From a virus (Duplodnaviria; Heunggongvirae; Uroviricota; Caudoviricetes), in the IMG/VR virus record IMGVR_UViG_2651869750_000009: DNA of 8,681 bases. One strand, given 5' to 3'. Made by a program: the position numbers and the translations under genes. The notes under the pieces are model-generated. The model did not search any database and was not told the origin of the DNA. It saw only the letters and a list, made by a program, of their open reading frames with translations. Positions 6,990-8,681 of the stretch are shown here, in pieces (positions within the stretch are counted from its first letter, which is position 1; the number at the start of each line of letters is the position of its first letter).

Positions 6990-8681
6990 GGATTATCTTC
7001 CGCACGCTCCGTCCGCAGTTTTTTCTTCCGGCGACGGCGTTTTTCTGCCCCGGCCGTCAGTTCCGGGGATACCGTTTCACCAGAACGCTCCTGCGGGAAG
7101 ACGAGCCACGTTTCCCGCTGTGCCCAGTCCGGTGCGGAGGGCCAGCGGATCTTTTCGTAACCATGCAGAACGGCAAGCGCATCCGCATAAACCAGCAGGT
7201 CAAACGCCTCGTTAGCTCCCCTGCCCGGTTTTCGCCATTTTCCGTCACTGCCGCGCTCTTCATAGGTCAGCTCATCGTAAAACCATCGCCCCAGCCAGTC
7301 GGGAAAGTGGATATAGTTCGGCCCTGGTGTGTCACGCCACAGGGCATTATTTACACGGTCCTTAAACGCATCCGTCTGAACCAGCCACAGCGCGACATCG
7401 CCACTGGCTCTGGCACGGCGGGCACTTCTGCCGGTATTATCCGGGAAGGTACGGTTAATCAGCCTGTCACGGCGAAGTCCATCCCCCTTGAACAGAAACA
7501 CCCTGTTGCCCAGTCCGTCACTCCGGCAACGACACCAGAAACGATAGGCGTTATCTGTCACCCCGGCTTCCCCTCCCGTATCCACCGCCATGGCCATCAG
7601 ACGCATGCGCACATCCGGATCAGAAGCCAGCGGCCATGTTTTATGGAACACATCCGTCAGCAACAAATCCCAGTCCTCCGGATATGCCGCCGGATCAACC
7701 GGCAGACTTTCACCGTTGGGACTGCAGCGCAGTGAATGCCGGATGTTATAGCGATCAACAATCCAGCGTTCCCCCTGCTCTCCGTATCCGGTGATCTGCA
7801 CAACAAAACGGCGATTTTTACCGCCCTGTACGTCAACCGTTGCCTCAATAAAACGCACACCATCCGGCACAGATCGCCGGGGAAACGGCTCGGCACGCTG
7901 TTCAAGCAGTTCACTTTTACGCTGTTCCGTGGCTGAACGGGGCAGATAGGGGCGTCCGATATCGGTGTTCACCACCGCTTTCAGGGTCTCTTCACTGCCG
8001 GTTCGCTCATACTCTTCTTCTGCCGCCAGCAGTTTAAAAATCAGTTGTTCCCAGGTCTGAAACGCCGCAGCCGGCCCCTCCATCCAGAATGACGCAATCC
8101 GGGAATTTCGTGGCGTTCCGGTGATACTGCCGTCCGCCACCGCCCGTTCACCTTCACGAAGCCAGATCCCTTTGTTATTCAGTTCGCGTTTCTGCTCAGG
8201 GGCAATCAGCCCGCGACAATGCGGACACATCAGACGGGCAGCCTGACCGGCAGCCACAAAATCCGGGTTATTCCGGTATCCGGTCATGTTATCCATCACC
8301 GGCTGAAAATATTCCCCGCAGTGCGGACACGGCCAGTACCACCGGCGGCGGTCTCCCCGGTTATACAGTGACAGGATCCCCGTTGTTGGCGGTGCCTCAT
8401 GTGCGCCGCCACAGCGCCATTTGGTGTCAGTGATATCCCGCCCCGGCGAACTCTCGACCAGGGTCATCCCCGAGGACATAAAGGTGGTGGTACGCTTTGA
8501 TGCCAGGGTGAAGGCATCCCCTTCCCCGTCCACGTTTTCAGGGAAACGGTCATAATCCGTCAGCGCCACACGACGGTAATCCGTAAGCGTCGTCTCAGCA
8601 CCGTCTGGCAGATCCTGAAATTCCTGAGAGAATAGTGGACACCAAATATGGTGGACGCTATCCATGAAATCATTAACCGCA
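6962..8681 (-). CDS. A: Terminase large subunit, lambda gpA family; N-terminal portion lies beyond the window end
   Basis: Reading frame is open from the window edge (no in-frame stop in 8666-8681) to TGA at 6964..6962. The product contains WYWPCPHCGEYF and a second CPHC, VDTGG and other features I recall from lambda gpA-type terminases. The ATG at 8665 is probably internal. Confidence 0.92.
   Translation of the reverse strand, partial: AVNDFMDSVHHIWCPLFSQEFQDLPDGAETTLTDYRRVALTDYDRFPENVDGEGDAFTLASKRTTTFMSSGMTLVESSPGRDITDTKWRCGGAHEAPPTTGILSLYNRGDRRRWYWPCPHCGEYFQPVMDNMTGYRNNPDFVAAGQAARLMCPHCRGLIAPEQKRELNNKGIWLREGERAVADGSITGTPRNSRIASFWMEGPAAAFQTWEQLIFKLLAAEEEYERTGSEETLKAVVNTDIGRPYLPRSATEQRKSELLEQRAEPFPRRSVPDGVRFIEATVDVQGGKNRRFVVQITGYGEQGERWIVDRYNIRHSLRCSPNGESLPVDPAAYPEDWDLLLTDVFHKTWPLASDPDVRMRLMAMAVDTGGEAGVTDNAYRFWCRCRSDGLGNRVFLFKGDGLRRDRLINRTFPDNTGRSARRARASGDVALWLVQTDAFKDRVNNALWRDTPGPNYIHFPDWLGRWFYDELTYEERGSDGKWRKPGRGANEAFDLLVYADALAVLHGYEKIRWPSAPDWAQRETWLVFPQERSGETVSPELTAGAEKRRRRKKKLRTERAEDNPWITSGGWL

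Noticed and set aside
6747-7735. Plus-strand ORFs of 137, 111 and 190 aa (6747-7160, 6880-7215, 7163-7735)
   Set aside because: Antisense to W and the terminase gene; low-complexity Arg/Ser/Pro-rich translations.
3233-7914. Minus-strand ORFs embedded out of frame inside larger genes (3233-3502, 5736-6005, 7057-7263, 7657-7914)
   Set aside because: Each is fully contained within a strongly supported gene in another frame and has no homology or start-site signal I can see.
8663-8665. ATG at 8665 as the true terminase start
   Set aside because: The frame stays open upstream to the window edge, and a lambda-type large terminase should have roughly 70 or more further N-terminal residues including the ATPase start; this ATG is probably an internal Met.
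1-8681. Accessory, defence or moron cargo anywhere in the window
   Set aside because: Coding density is near 100 percent and every ORF fits the lambda head-tail gene order; there is no gap large enough for an extra gene. A novel system here is not supported by the sequence.

Overview
The window is one contiguous, minus-strand late morphogenesis operon of a lambda-like siphovirus prophage of the Gifsy-2 / enterobacterial lambdoid type. In transcription order (high to low coordinates) it reads: terminase large subunit (5' end off-window), gpW-like head-tail connector, portal, a single large ClpP-protease/scaffold/major-capsid fusion gene, a small DUF2190-like head protein, an FII-like head-tail joining protein, then Z, U, V, G and the G-T frameshift product, and the first four codons of the next tail gene. 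Genes are tightly packed and often overlap; the only non-coding stretches are about 87 bp at 3195-3281 and about 107 bp at 13-119. I found no cargo or moron gene, defence system, RNA gene, CRISPR array or mobile element, and no plus-strand gene I can support. In my judgement this is a canonical, largely understood structural module rather than an undescribed system. The points worth a second look are the tripartite capsid gene, a perfect 39-bp tandem duplication across the T stop codon, back-to-back hairpins between the capsid and DUF2190 genes, and the uncharacterised DUF2190-like protein. All protein assignments rest on reading the translations and recalled family features; no database search was run.
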